Positions 23,143-32,308 of a stretch of DNA of 36,641 nt are shown here, one piece after another. How positions within the stretch are numbered: the stretch's first letter is position 1; each line of letters opens with the position of its first letter. Both the position numbers and the translations under genes were made by a program. Origin of the DNA: Acidobacteriota bacterium (GTDB taxonomy: Bacteria; Acidobacteriota; Thermoanaerobaculia; Multivoradales; UBA5704); NCBI GenBank assembly GCA_040005235.1, contig JBDTZG010000053.1, forward strand, positions 1 to 36,641, read 5' to 3'. Under the pieces are notes generated by a model. The model was not told the origin of the DNA, did not search any database, and saw only the letters and a list, made by a program, of their open reading frames with translations.

Positions 23143-25263
23143 ATGATCTCGATCAAAAAACGAATCCTCTGTACGCTCATTTGCGCCGGCCTCGCCGCGC
23201 CGCTTACCCTAGGCACTACACGCGCGGCCGAACCGACCCCGCGCTTCGGCGGCGAACGAACCGATGTCGTCGCGGTCGAGATCCCGGTTCAGGTGACGCG
23301 CGACGGCCAGCCGGTCCGCGGGCTCACCGCCGCCGACTTCGAGATCACCGATGGCCGGAAGAAACAGGACATCACCGGCTTCGAGGTGATCGACCTGACG
23401 GTTCCGCCCTCGGCCGACGCTCCCGCCATTCCGCTCGCGGGCTCGGCGCGGCGCCATTTTCTGATGCTGTTCGACCTTTCCAACTCCGAGCCGAAGGCGA
23501 TCATCAAAGCGCGCGAAGCGGCCAAGAAGGTGGTCACCAAGCTCGCGCCGAGCGACCTGGTGGCGGTTTCCACCTACACGGCCTCAAAAGGCTCTCAGCT
23601 GACGCTCGGCTTCACCACCGACCGGCGCCAGATCAACCTCGCGATCGACACCCTCGGCCGCCCGGAGCTGATCGACCGGAGCGGCGACCCGCTCAACCTG
23701 GTGATCCAGTCCGCCGGAGGCGACGCCACCACGAGCACCATCAAGAGCCCCGGCGGACGGGCCGCGGCGGAGTTCCTCGAAGACGCGATCGAAGACGCCG
23801 ACCGTAACAAGGCGAGCGACCGCCGGCTTCAGACCCAGCGCCTCACCGCTTACACCCGCTCGCTCTCCGACCTGTCGAAAATGATGGGCAACGTCAGCGG
23901 GAGGAAGTACGTGGTGCTCCTCTCTGAGGGCTTCGACAGCTCGCTGCTGGTCGGCACCGCGGACGCCGAGGAAACGGCCAAGATCAACACCGCGGTGGAG
24001 CACGGCGAGTTCTACAACGTCGACAACGACGCCCGCTTCGGCAGCACCCAGAGCGGCAACGACCTGGAAAAGATGGTTGACGCGTTCCGCCGCGCCGACT
24101 GCGTGATCCAGGCGGTCGACATCGGCGGTCTGCGGGAGGCGGGCGCGCGGAATGCGAACGGCCAGGACGGTCTGTTCGCGATGGCGCAGCAGACCGGCGG
24201 CGAGCTGTTCCGCAACTTCAACGACCTCTCCGAGGCGATGGGCAAAATGCTCGAACGGACGAGCGTGACCTACCTTTTGACCTTCCAGCCGGATGTCAAG
24301 CGCGACGGCACCTACCGCAAGGTGAAGGTCGAGCTCAAAAACGCCCCGCGCGGCACCAAGATCAGCGCCCGCTCGGGCTACTACGCACCAAAGCCGTTCG
24401 ACCAGGTCGATCCGACCTCGCGGATGCTCGACGCCGCGGACACGATCATGAGCGGCAAAGAGGGGGGCGCTCTGTCCGCCTCGGTGCTCGCCGCGCCGTT
24501 CCGCGGCACGGGCGCCAAGGCGTACGTGCCGGTGCTGATCGAAGTCGACGGCCCGGCGCTCCTCGCCGGCACCGAAGGCAACGTCCTGCCGACCGAAATC
24601 TACGCTTACGCGCTGGCCGCCGACGGCACGATCGGCGACTACTTCGGCCAAACCCTCGGCCTCGATCTCGCGAAGGTCAAAGCGCCGCTCTCGCAAAGCG
24701 GCCTCAAGTATTTCGGCCATCTGGAGCTGGCGCCCGGCAGCTACTCACTGCGCGTCCTGGTAAGGAACGGCCGGACCGGCGCGTCGAGCCTGCGCCTCGC
24801 CTCGATCGAAGTACCGGCTACAGAGGCGGGCAAGCCGACGATCGGACCGCCGCTGTTTCCCGAGCCCCAAGGCAAATGGATGATCATTCGCGAGCAGCCG
24901 CGCGGCGATCAGAAGAACGCGCCCTATCCGTTCATGGCCCGGCAGCAGGCGTACGTGCCGGCCGCCCAGCCGGCCCTCACGGCCGGCCAGGACGCCGCGA
25001 TGTCGCTGATTGCCTGGAACCTCCCGGCGGGCGACCTTCACCTGGGCGTCAAGGTGCTCGGTGCCGACGGCAAGGCGGTCCCCGGCGGCGAGGTCAAGCT
25101 GATCGGGCGCGAGCCGGGTGTCGCGGGAGCCGCTGACGTGCTGCTCGCGAGCTTCAAGCCGACCAACTTGAAACCGGGCGGTTACCAGCTGGAGGTGCAG
25201 GTGACGGGCGCAGACGGCACGAGCCCGGTGAAGGCGACGAGCCTGGCTTTCACGGTGCGCTGA
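23143..25263 (+). CDS. VWA domain protein, VWFA-related (paralogue 2)
   Basis: GGAGG RBS before ATG 23143; FDLSNS, GRKYVVLLSEGFDS, AQQTGG, RSGYYAP. Confidence 0.9.
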   Translation: MISIKKRILCTLICAGLAAPLTLGTTRAAEPTPRFGGERTDVVAVEIPVQVTRDGQPVRGLTAADFEITDGRKKQDITGFEVIDLTVPPSADAPAIPLAGSARRHFLMLFDLSNSEPKAIIKAREAAKKVVTKLAPSDLVAVSTYTASKGSQLTLGFTTDRRQINLAIDTLGRPELIDRSGDPLNLVIQSAGGDATTSTIKSPGGRAAAEFLEDAIEDADRNKASDRRLQTQRLTAYTRSLSDLSKMMGNVSGRKYVVLLSEGFDSSLLVGTADAEETAKINTAVEHGEFYNVDNDARFGSTQSGNDLEKMVDAFRRADCVIQAVDIGGLREAGARNANGQDGLFAMAQQTGGELFRNFNDLSEAMGKMLERTSVTYLLTFQPDVKRDGTYRKVKVELKNAPRGTKISARSGYYAPKPFDQVDPTSRMLDAADTIMSGKEGGALSASVLAAPFRGTGAKAYVPVLIEVDGPALLAGTEGNVLPTEIYAYALAADGTIGDYFGQTLGLDLAKVKAPLSQSGLKYFGHLELAPGSYSLRVLVRNGRTGASSLRLASIEVPATEAGKPTIGPPLFPEPQGKWMIIREQPRGDQKNAPYPFMARQQAYVPAAQPALTAGQDAAMSLIAWNLPAGDLHLGVKVLGADGKAVPGGEVKLIGREPGVAGAADVLLASFKPTNLKPGGYQLEVQVTGADGTSPVKATSLAFTVR

Positions 25264-25320
25264 AGCCCGGGTGGGCCGCGCCGCACCTTCGCCGCGCGGC
25301 GACGAGGAGACTCGGGAGTC

Positions 25321-27498
25321 ATGCGCGATCGACACCGTCGGCTCGTAGGATTGGGAGTGGGTCTGGTGGGTCTGGTCGTGGTCGGCACCGCCGTCGCGGC
25401 GAGGGCGGCCTCGCCGCCGCGCTTCGGCGGTGAGCGCGCCGACGTCGTGGCGGTCGAGATCCCCCTCCAGGTGGTGCGCGACGGCGAGCCCGTGAGCGGG
25501 CTCACCCAGAGCGACTTCGTGATCTACGAGGGGAAGAGGAAGCAGGCTATCACCGGCTTCGAAGTGATCGACCTCGCCGCCACCCCCGCCGCTACGATCG
25601 CCTCGGGCGCCACGGGCTTACCGGGCAACGGCCTGCCGCAGAGGATACCGGTCCTCTCCCCCGCGGCTCGGCGGCATTTCTTGATCCTGTTCGATCTCGC
25701 GAACTCCGAGCCCCGATCGATCATCCAGGCGCGCGCCGCCGTCCAGAAAGTGGTCGACCAGCTGCACCCGACCGACCTGGTCGCGGTGGCGAGCCACTCC
25801 CCTTCGGCCGGGCCGAAGATCCTGCTTGGGTTCACCGCCGATCGAAGGCAGATTGCGACCGCGATCGAGGGCCTCGGCGTGCCCGAGCTGCTCAAGCGGA
25901 GCGGCGATCCCTTGAAGCTGGTGCTCCTCTCTTCTCACGGCTCGGAAGCGATCAGCGGCCTCGAAACTAACAGCGGCAAACCCGCCGAAATCTTCGAGTC
26001 CTTCGTCCGAAATAGAATTTTGCGCAGCCAGGTCAACGACCGGCAGATCGAGATACAGCGCCTGAAGGACTACACGCGAGCCCTGGAGGATCTCGGCCGG
26101 TTGATGGCCTCGGTCCAAGGGCGCAAGTACGTCGTGTTGCTCTCCGAAGGCTTCGACAGCTCGCTGCTGCTCGGCTCGACCGACGAAGTCGAGCGCGCCC
26201 AGCAGCAGACCGCCGCCGAGAAGGGGCAGTACTGGAATGTGGACAGCGATACCCGCTTCGGCAGCGCGACCAGCGCCAACGACCTCGAAACGATGCTGGA
26301 GACCTTCCGCCGCGCCGATTGCGTGATCCAGGCGGTCGACATCGGCGGCGTGCGCGAAGGGGGGCAAGGCTTCGAACGGCCGAACGGCCAGGACGGCTTG
26401 TTCGCGATGGCCGACCAGACCGGCGGGGAGCTGTTCCGCAACTTCAACAATCTCTCCGAGGCGATGGGCAAGATGCTCGACCGGACGAGCGTCACCTACG
26501 TCCTGTCGTTCCAACCGACGATCCCGCGCGACGGTGCCTACCACCCCGTCCGCGTCGAGCTGGCCAGCCCCCAGCGCGGCACCCGGATCAGCCACCGCGC
26601 GGGGTACTACGCGCCCAAGCCGTTCGATCCCAAGGACGCCGAGGCGCACCTGCTCGACGCGGCCGAGCTGATCACCAACGGCCGCGAAGGGGGAACGCTC
26701 GACGTCTCCGTCGTCGCCGCGCCCTACCCCGGTTCGGACGGCAAGAGCTACGTGCCGGTGGTGGTCGCCGTCGGCGGCGCTTCATTGCTCGCCGGAACGG
26801 AGAGCGGTCCCCTGCCCATCGAGATCTACGCCTATGCCTTGGCCCCCGATGGAACGATCGGCGACTACTTCGGCCAGACCCTCCGGTTGGATCTTTCCAA
26901 GGTGAAAACCAAGCTCTTGCTCGGCAGCGGCCTCAAGTACTACGGCCATCTGGAGCTTCCCCCGGGCGAATGGTCGTTGCGCGTCCTGATGCGGAACGGA
27001 CGCACCGGCGATTCGGGGCTTCGCGTCTCGACCGTCTCGGTGCCCTCGTTCGAGCCGGGTGTCCCTACGCTCCTAACCCCGTATTTTCTCGACACGCCCG
27101 ACGCCTGGCTGATGGTGCGCGAACAGCCTCGGAGCGACCAACCCGACACGCCCTATCCGTTCACGCTCCAGCAGCAGAGGTTCGTGCCCGCGGTGCAGCC
27201 GATCCTTTCCGCCGATCAGACCGCCTCCCTCGCGCTCGTCGGATACCATCTCCCTGAGGGCGCCGCGGGCGAGCTTTCCGCCGCGGCGCGGGTCACCGAT
27301 GCCGCCGGCAAGCCGGTCCCGGGGGGAGAGGCCCGCCTGCTCAGCCGCGAGGCGCAGGGCGACGATCGAGAGGCGCTGGTCGTGAGTTTCAAGCCCGCGA
27401 GCCTTCCTCCCGGGCAATATCGCCTGAGTTTTCACCTGGCCACCGACGCGGACGCCTCCGGCCTCGACTCGGGCGACGTTCCTTTCGAGGTGCAATGA
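25321..27498 (+). CDS. VWA domain protein, VWFA-related (paralogue 3)
   Basis: Signal peptide; FDLANS, GRKYVVLLSEGFDS, ADQTGG. Confidence 0.9.
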   Translation: MRDRHRRLVGLGVGLVGLVVVGTAVAARAASPPRFGGERADVVAVEIPLQVVRDGEPVSGLTQSDFVIYEGKRKQAITGFEVIDLAATPAATIASGATGLPGNGLPQRIPVLSPAARRHFLILFDLANSEPRSIIQARAAVQKVVDQLHPTDLVAVASHSPSAGPKILLGFTADRRQIATAIEGLGVPELLKRSGDPLKLVLLSSHGSEAISGLETNSGKPAEIFESFVRNRILRSQVNDRQIEIQRLKDYTRALEDLGRLMASVQGRKYVVLLSEGFDSSLLLGSTDEVERAQQQTAAEKGQYWNVDSDTRFGSATSANDLETMLETFRRADCVIQAVDIGGVREGGQGFERPNGQDGLFAMADQTGGELFRNFNNLSEAMGKMLDRTSVTYVLSFQPTIPRDGAYHPVRVELASPQRGTRISHRAGYYAPKPFDPKDAEAHLLDAAELITNGREGGTLDVSVVAAPYPGSDGKSYVPVVVAVGGASLLAGTESGPLPIEIYAYALAPDGTIGDYFGQTLRLDLSKVKTKLLLGSGLKYYGHLELPPGEWSLRVLMRNGRTGDSGLRVSTVSVPSFEPGVPTLLTPYFLDTPDAWLMVREQPRSDQPDTPYPFTLQQQRFVPAVQPILSADQTASLALVGYHLPEGAAGELSAAARVTDAAGKPVPGGEARLLSREAQGDDREALVVSFKPASLPPGQYRLSFHLATDADASGLDSGDVPFEVQ

Positions 27499-29669
27499 TG
27501 TCTCGCTCCGTTTTTCATCCGCTGGCTCTGGTCACTTTCACTTTGGCGCTCGGCGCAGCATCGGAAAGTGCCGCGACTCCGGCCGAGACGCAGCCGCGTT
27601 TCGGCGGCGAGCGGACCGACGTCGTGGCGGTCGAGATCCCCCTCCAGGTGGTGCGCGACGGCCAACCGGTGCGCGGACTCAGCCAGGCCGATTTCGCGAT
27701 CTACGATGGCAAGAAGAAACAGCCGATCACCGGCTTCGAGGTGATCGACCTCGCCGCCACGCCTCCCCCCTCGGCGGCCGGCGCTCCGCCGCCGATCGTC
27801 TCGCCCGCGGCGCGGCGCCATTTCCTGATCCTGTTCGACCTCGCGAATTCCGAGCCCAAATCGATCATCAAGGCGCGGGCGGCGGTGCAGAAGGTGGTCG
27901 ACCGTCTCTACCCGAGCGACGTGGTCGCGGTCGCCACGCATTCGCCGTCGACCGGACCGAAGATCCTCGTCGGCTTCACTTCCGACCGCAAGCAGATTGC
28001 CGCGGCGATCGCGACCCTCGGCAAGCCGGAGCTGACGAAACGAAGTGGCGATCCGCTGAACCTGATCCTCGACACGCAATACGGCTCGGGATCGGGCGCC
28101 ATCGAGCTCCCCCCCGAATCCGACGACCCAAGGCAGCGCCCCGCGCTCATCGCGCTCGAAGAGTTTCTCGCGGATACCCGGGACAACATCCGGCGCAACC
28201 AGGAAGACGACCGACGCTACGAAGCCCAACGCCTGACCGATTACACGCGCGCGCTCTCCGACCTCGCGACGCTCATGGCGTCGGTCGAGGGGCGAAAGTA
28301 CGTCGTGCTACTCTCGGAGGGCTTCGACAGCTCGCTCGTGCTCGGCTCGACCAACGAGGCCGAGCGGGCCGAGCAGCAGACCGCCGCCGAGCAGGGCGAG
28401 ATCTGGAAGGTGGACAGCAACGCCCGCTTCGGCAACACCAAGAGCGCGAACGACCTCGAGGGGTTGCTCGAAGCCATGAGGCGCTCCGACTGCGTGATCC
28501 AGGCGGTCGACATCGGCGGCCTGCGCGAGGGGGGAGAAGGGTTTTCCCGCCCAAGCGGCCAGGACGGTCTGTTCGCGATGGCCGACCAGACCGGCGGCGA
28601 GCTGTACCGCAATTTCAACGACCTCGCCGAAGCGATGGCCAAGATGCTCGAGCGCACCAGCGTCACCTACGTCCTGTCGTTCCAGCCGACGGTTGCGCGC
28701 GACGGCGCCTATCACAAGGTGAGGGTCGAGCTGGCCAAGCCCGCGCGCGGCACCCGGATCAGCCATCGCGACGGCTATTTCGCGCCCAAGCCGTTCGATC
28801 CGCGCGACGCCCAGGCGCACCTATTCGATGCCGCCGAGCTGATCACCAACGGCCGCGCCGGAGGGCCGCTCGCCGCCTCCCTGGTCGCCGTGCCGTTCCC
28901 GGGCGCGACGGAACAGAAAGCCTACGTGCCGGTGGTGGTCGAGATCGACGGCGCTTCGCTGATCGCGGCGGCCGAAAGCGGCCCGCTGCCGACCGAAATC
29001 TACGCCTACGCTCTGGCGGCCGACGGCTCGATCGGCGATTTCTTCGGCCAGACTCTGGGGCTGGACCTCGCCAAGGTCAAAGACAAGCTGCTGCAAAATG
29101 GCCTTAAGTACTACGGTCACCTGGAGCTGCCCCCCGGCGACTGGTCGCTGCGCGTACTGGTTCGCAATGGCCGGAATGGCGATTCGGGCCTCACTGTCCT
29201 GCCGCTCAACGTCCCCCGCTTCGCGCCCGCAACGCCCACCCTGCTCCGGCCCTTCTTCCTCGAATCGCCATCCTCCTGGCTGATGGTGCGCGAGAAGCCG
29301 CGCGGCGACCAGGCGGACGAGCCCTACCCGTTCATGGTCCAAAAGCAGATGTTCGTGCCGGCGTCGCGGCCGATCCTCACGGCCGAGCAGACGACCTCGC
29401 TGTCGCTGGTCGCCTACCATCTGGCCGCAGGTGCCGCGGGCGACCTCTCCGCCACGGCGCGGGTGAGCGACGCCGCCGGCAAGGCGGTACCGGGAGGCGA
29501 AGCCCGCCTGCTTGGCCGCGAGGCGCAGGGCAACGACCGAGAGGCACTGGTGGTGAGCTTCAAGCCCGCGGGTCTCTCCCCCGGCCAGTACCGGCTGAGC
29601 CTCCACCTCGCCGCGACCGGCGACGTGGCGGGAATCGATTCGACCACCGTTCCGTTCGAGGTTCAGTGA
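27495..29669 (+). CDS. VWA domain protein, VWFA-related (paralogue 4)
   Basis: ATGA overlap with paralogue 3; same motifs; closest to paralogue 3. Confidence 0.9.
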   Translation: MMSRSVFHPLALVTFTLALGAASESAATPAETQPRFGGERTDVVAVEIPLQVVRDGQPVRGLSQADFAIYDGKKKQPITGFEVIDLAATPPPSAAGAPPPIVSPAARRHFLILFDLANSEPKSIIKARAAVQKVVDRLYPSDVVAVATHSPSTGPKILVGFTSDRKQIAAAIATLGKPELTKRSGDPLNLILDTQYGSGSGAIELPPESDDPRQRPALIALEEFLADTRDNIRRNQEDDRRYEAQRLTDYTRALSDLATLMASVEGRKYVVLLSEGFDSSLVLGSTNEAERAEQQTAAEQGEIWKVDSNARFGNTKSANDLEGLLEAMRRSDCVIQAVDIGGLREGGEGFSRPSGQDGLFAMADQTGGELYRNFNDLAEAMAKMLERTSVTYVLSFQPTVARDGAYHKVRVELAKPARGTRISHRDGYFAPKPFDPRDAQAHLFDAAELITNGRAGGPLAASLVAVPFPGATEQKAYVPVVVEIDGASLIAAAESGPLPTEIYAYALAADGSIGDFFGQTLGLDLAKVKDKLLQNGLKYYGHLELPPGDWSLRVLVRNGRNGDSGLTVLPLNVPRFAPATPTLLRPFFLESPSSWLMVREKPRGDQADEPYPFMVQKQMFVPASRPILTAEQTTSLSLVAYHLAAGAAGDLSATARVSDAAGKAVPGGEARLLGREAQGNDREALVVSFKPAGLSPGQYRLSLHLAATGDVAGIDSTTVPFEVQ

Positions 29670-30901
29670 CCGAAGCCTCGTCCCCTGCCACTCCATCCGC
29701 GGATCTCGGAGCTCCCCCGGAGATCCGTTTTCGTCTGCTCCCGGGGAAGGAAAGGCCGATCCTCGACGGCCACCCCTGGCTCTTCTCGGGCGCGATCGCA
29801 TCGGCCTCCGGACCGGCCGACGCACCCATCGCGCGAGTGTTTGCTTCGGACGGCCGGCTGCTCGGCCTCGGCTTTCACAGCCCGCAATCGCAGATCCGCG
29901 CGCGGCTGATCCCGGTGCCGCTGGGTGCCGACCGGCCGGCGACGATCGACCGCGCCCTTTTCGCCGAACGCCTGGCCGAGGCCCAGGCGCTGCGCCGGGC
30001 CGTGATCCCCGCCGACACCACCGGCTACCGGGTGCTGAACGCCGAGGGGGACGGCGTGCCGGGCTGGACGGTCGATCGCTTCGCGGACGTGCTGGTCAGC
30101 CAGATCACCGTGGCGGGGCTCGAAGCGCTCCGCACCGAGGCCTACGCGGCGCTCGCCCAGGCGTATCCCGGCCTGCCGATCCTCCAGGTAAACGACCTGC
30201 CGGCACGCAAAGGAGAAGGGCTCACGCTGCTCGACGAGATCGTCGCGGGCGAGCCGCCGGCCGAGGTAGAGTTTTTCGAGTCCGGTCTGTGTTTCACCGC
30301 GGACCTCGACGCCGGCCAGAAGACCGGTTTCTACTGCGATCAGCGCGAGAACCGCCGCCGGGTCGCCCGTTACGCCGCCGGCCGGAGCGTGCTTGATCTG
30401 TTCGCCCACACGGGGGCCTTCGGCCTCTACGCCCTCTCGGGAGGCGCAAGCCGCGTAACCCACGTCGAATCTTCGCTCAAGGCGATCGAGCGCGGGCAGC
30501 GGCTCTACGCAATGAACAGCCAGCCGGCCGACCGCGCGGAGTGGGTGAAGGCGAACGTGTTCGAAGACCTACGCGAGCGGACCGAACGCTACGACCTGAC
30601 CATCTGCGACCCGCCGCCGCTGGTCAAGAAACGCCAAGATCTCGACGCCGCCGCCCGCGCCTACAAAGACCTGAACCGCCTCGCCTTCCAACGCACGGCA
30701 CCCGGCGGCCTGCTTTTCACCTTCTCCTGCAGCGGCGCGCTCGACGCCAAGCTCTTCCGCCAAGTCCTCTTCGCCGCCGCCGTCGAGGCCGGAGTAAGGG
30801 TCTCCCTACTCGAACCGCTCGCCGCCGCCCCCGATCATCCGGTCTCGATAGCCCACCGGGAGGGCGAGTATTTGAAGGGATGGATGGTGATGGTGCGGTA
30901 G
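29666..30901 (+). CDS. rlmI: Class I SAM-dependent rRNA methyltransferase, RlmI (23S m5C1962)-like
   Basis: GHPWLFSG (PUA-like), YRVLNAEGDGVPG, GQKTGFYCDQRENR, VLDLFAHTGAF, DPP, TFSCS, DHP, EGEYLKG. Confidence 0.85.
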   Translation: MTEASSPATPSADLGAPPEIRFRLLPGKERPILDGHPWLFSGAIASASGPADAPIARVFASDGRLLGLGFHSPQSQIRARLIPVPLGADRPATIDRALFAERLAEAQALRRAVIPADTTGYRVLNAEGDGVPGWTVDRFADVLVSQITVAGLEALRTEAYAALAQAYPGLPILQVNDLPARKGEGLTLLDEIVAGEPPAEVEFFESGLCFTADLDAGQKTGFYCDQRENRRRVARYAAGRSVLDLFAHTGAFGLYALSGGASRVTHVESSLKAIERGQRLYAMNSQPADRAEWVKANVFEDLRERTERYDLTICDPPPLVKKRQDLDAAARAYKDLNRLAFQRTAPGGLLFTFSCSGALDAKLFRQVLFAAAVEAGVRVSLLEPLAAAPDHPVSIAHREGEYLKGWMVMVR

Positions 30902-30967
30902 GGGAGGACTCGCCTCCAGATTCCGGGTTTATACTCCGGGACTAGAGCCTTTCGAAGGAGTAGATCG

Positions 30968-31189
30968 ATGGATCCGAGACTCATTGTTCATACCGACCCG
31001 GAAATCCTCGGCGGCACGCCGGTGTTCGTCGGCACGCGTGTGCCATTGAAGTCCCTCTACGATCACCTCGAAGCCGGTGACTCTCTCGACGAATTTCTCG
31101 ACAGCTTCCCCGGCGTAGGCCGGGCTCAAGCGATTGCCGCCCTGGAATTTGCCCGCGAAATGACCGAGGCTCGTGCGGCTGCTGCTTGA
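30968..31189 (+). CDS. DUF433 family antitoxin
   Basis: DPEILGGTPVFVGTRVP...LEAGDSLDEFLDSFP; AAGGAG RBS; TATACT at 30930-30935. Confidence 0.92.
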   Translation: MDPRLIVHTDPEILGGTPVFVGTRVPLKSLYDHLEAGDSLDEFLDSFPGVGRAQAIAALEFAREMTEARAAAA

Positions 31190-31402
31190 CGAATGCGTGC
31201 CCCGGGTGCTCAAGCGCGAGCTTGGTGGGCACGATGTTCGTACCGTCGTCGAGATGGGCTGGTCCAGCCGGCGTAACGGCGCACTCCTCGCACTGATGGT
31301 CGAAAACGGCTTTGAGATCAGGACCTTCGGCCACTCGTTCCCGCATTGCTTGCCACCTTGGAGAGTGTCCGGCCCGGCGAATTGGTCAACATCGGCGCTT
31401 GA
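31173..31402 (+). pseudogene. DUF5615 PIN-like toxin with internal deletion and frameshift
   Basis: First frame MRLLLDECVPRVL...GHDVRTVVEMGW...NGALL...NGFE stops resembling the family at about 31316. A different frame from 31316 gives QDLRPLVPALLATLESVRPGELVNIGA*, a typical family C-terminus. The middle segment is missing. Confidence 0.82.
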
Positions 31403-31411
31403 TCTCTTGAT

Positions 31412-32281
31412 TCAAACAGCGGAGCCCCTACCCTCCCCATCCAACAACCGCACGATCGCATCTCGGATCAAATCCGGGCGTTCCCAGGGGATCAGGTGGC
31501 CTTGTTTCGGGATGCGCATCACGTGGACGGACGCGCCGGTGAGCATGCGCTCGGCGAAATCCGCGTTCTCGGGGGGCACGAGGGCGTCGTCGTCGCCTTG
31601 GATGACTTCGACCGGCATGCGAATGCCGCTCCAGAGGGGCATCATCTGTTGCAGCTCTCCTTTGAGCGGCCGGATCTCGTCGTTCGCCAGGATCAGCACT
31701 TTCGGCACGATCGAGCGCACGACCGGCCAGCGCGCGGCTTTCTGGTACCAGGTGGTCTTTTCTTGTCCGGGATCGATCGAGCCGGCGACGATCACCAGGC
31801 CCGCGACGGAGCCCGGCGCATCCATCGCGAGCCGCGCAGCGACCGGCCCGCCGAGCGAATGGCCGACGACGATCGCCTTTTCCCCCGGAGCGGCCTGATC
31901 GAGTACCCCTTTGAGCATCGCCGCCTGGCGCGCAAGCGAGGTCTCGAGCTGGCCCGGCCCGGACTTGCCGAAGCCGGGGCGATCGATCGCGATGATGTGC
32001 GAGCGCTCGACCAGCTGCGGATCGGTCATCAGGTTCGCCGCGTCATCCCAGGAACCCGGCGAACCGTGAATGTAGAGCACCGGCGGCGCGTCCTTCGGTC
32101 CGACCTCAGCAGTGAAGATGTCGCGCCCGAGAACCGGGTACGTATGGAAGGTCGGCGGCGTGTGCCCGACGAACGCTTTGCTGGTGTCCGGCGGACCGAA
32201 GGATACGCAGCGGAGCAAGCCGACGATCAAAAGTGCGAGAAAGGCGGAGAGGATGAGGAATTTGCGGGAGCGTTTCTTCAT
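31412..32281 (-). CDS. Alpha/beta fold hydrolase, exported or membrane-anchored (copy 1)
   Basis: HGSPG, IDRPGFGKS, GHSLGG nucleophile elbow, QGDDDALV, GHL. Confidence 0.92.
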   Translation of the reverse strand: MKKRSRKFLILSAFLALLIVGLLRCVSFGPPDTSKAFVGHTPPTFHTYPVLGRDIFTAEVGPKDAPPVLYIHGSPGSWDDAANLMTDPQLVERSHIIAIDRPGFGKSGPGQLETSLARQAAMLKGVLDQAAPGEKAIVVGHSLGGPVAARLAMDAPGSVAGLVIVAGSIDPGQEKTTWYQKAARWPVVRSIVPKVLILANDEIRPLKGELQQMMPLWSGIRMPVEVIQGDDDALVPPENADFAERMLTGASVHVMRIPKQGHLIPWERPDLIRDAIVRLLDGEGRGSAV

Positions 32282-32308
32282 GGCCGCCCGAACAATACCC
32301 GGAAATGC

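Noticed and set aside
31173-31898. 241-aa PIN fusion protein
   Set aside because: Product of the frameshift; the tail is antisense to the hydrolase gene.
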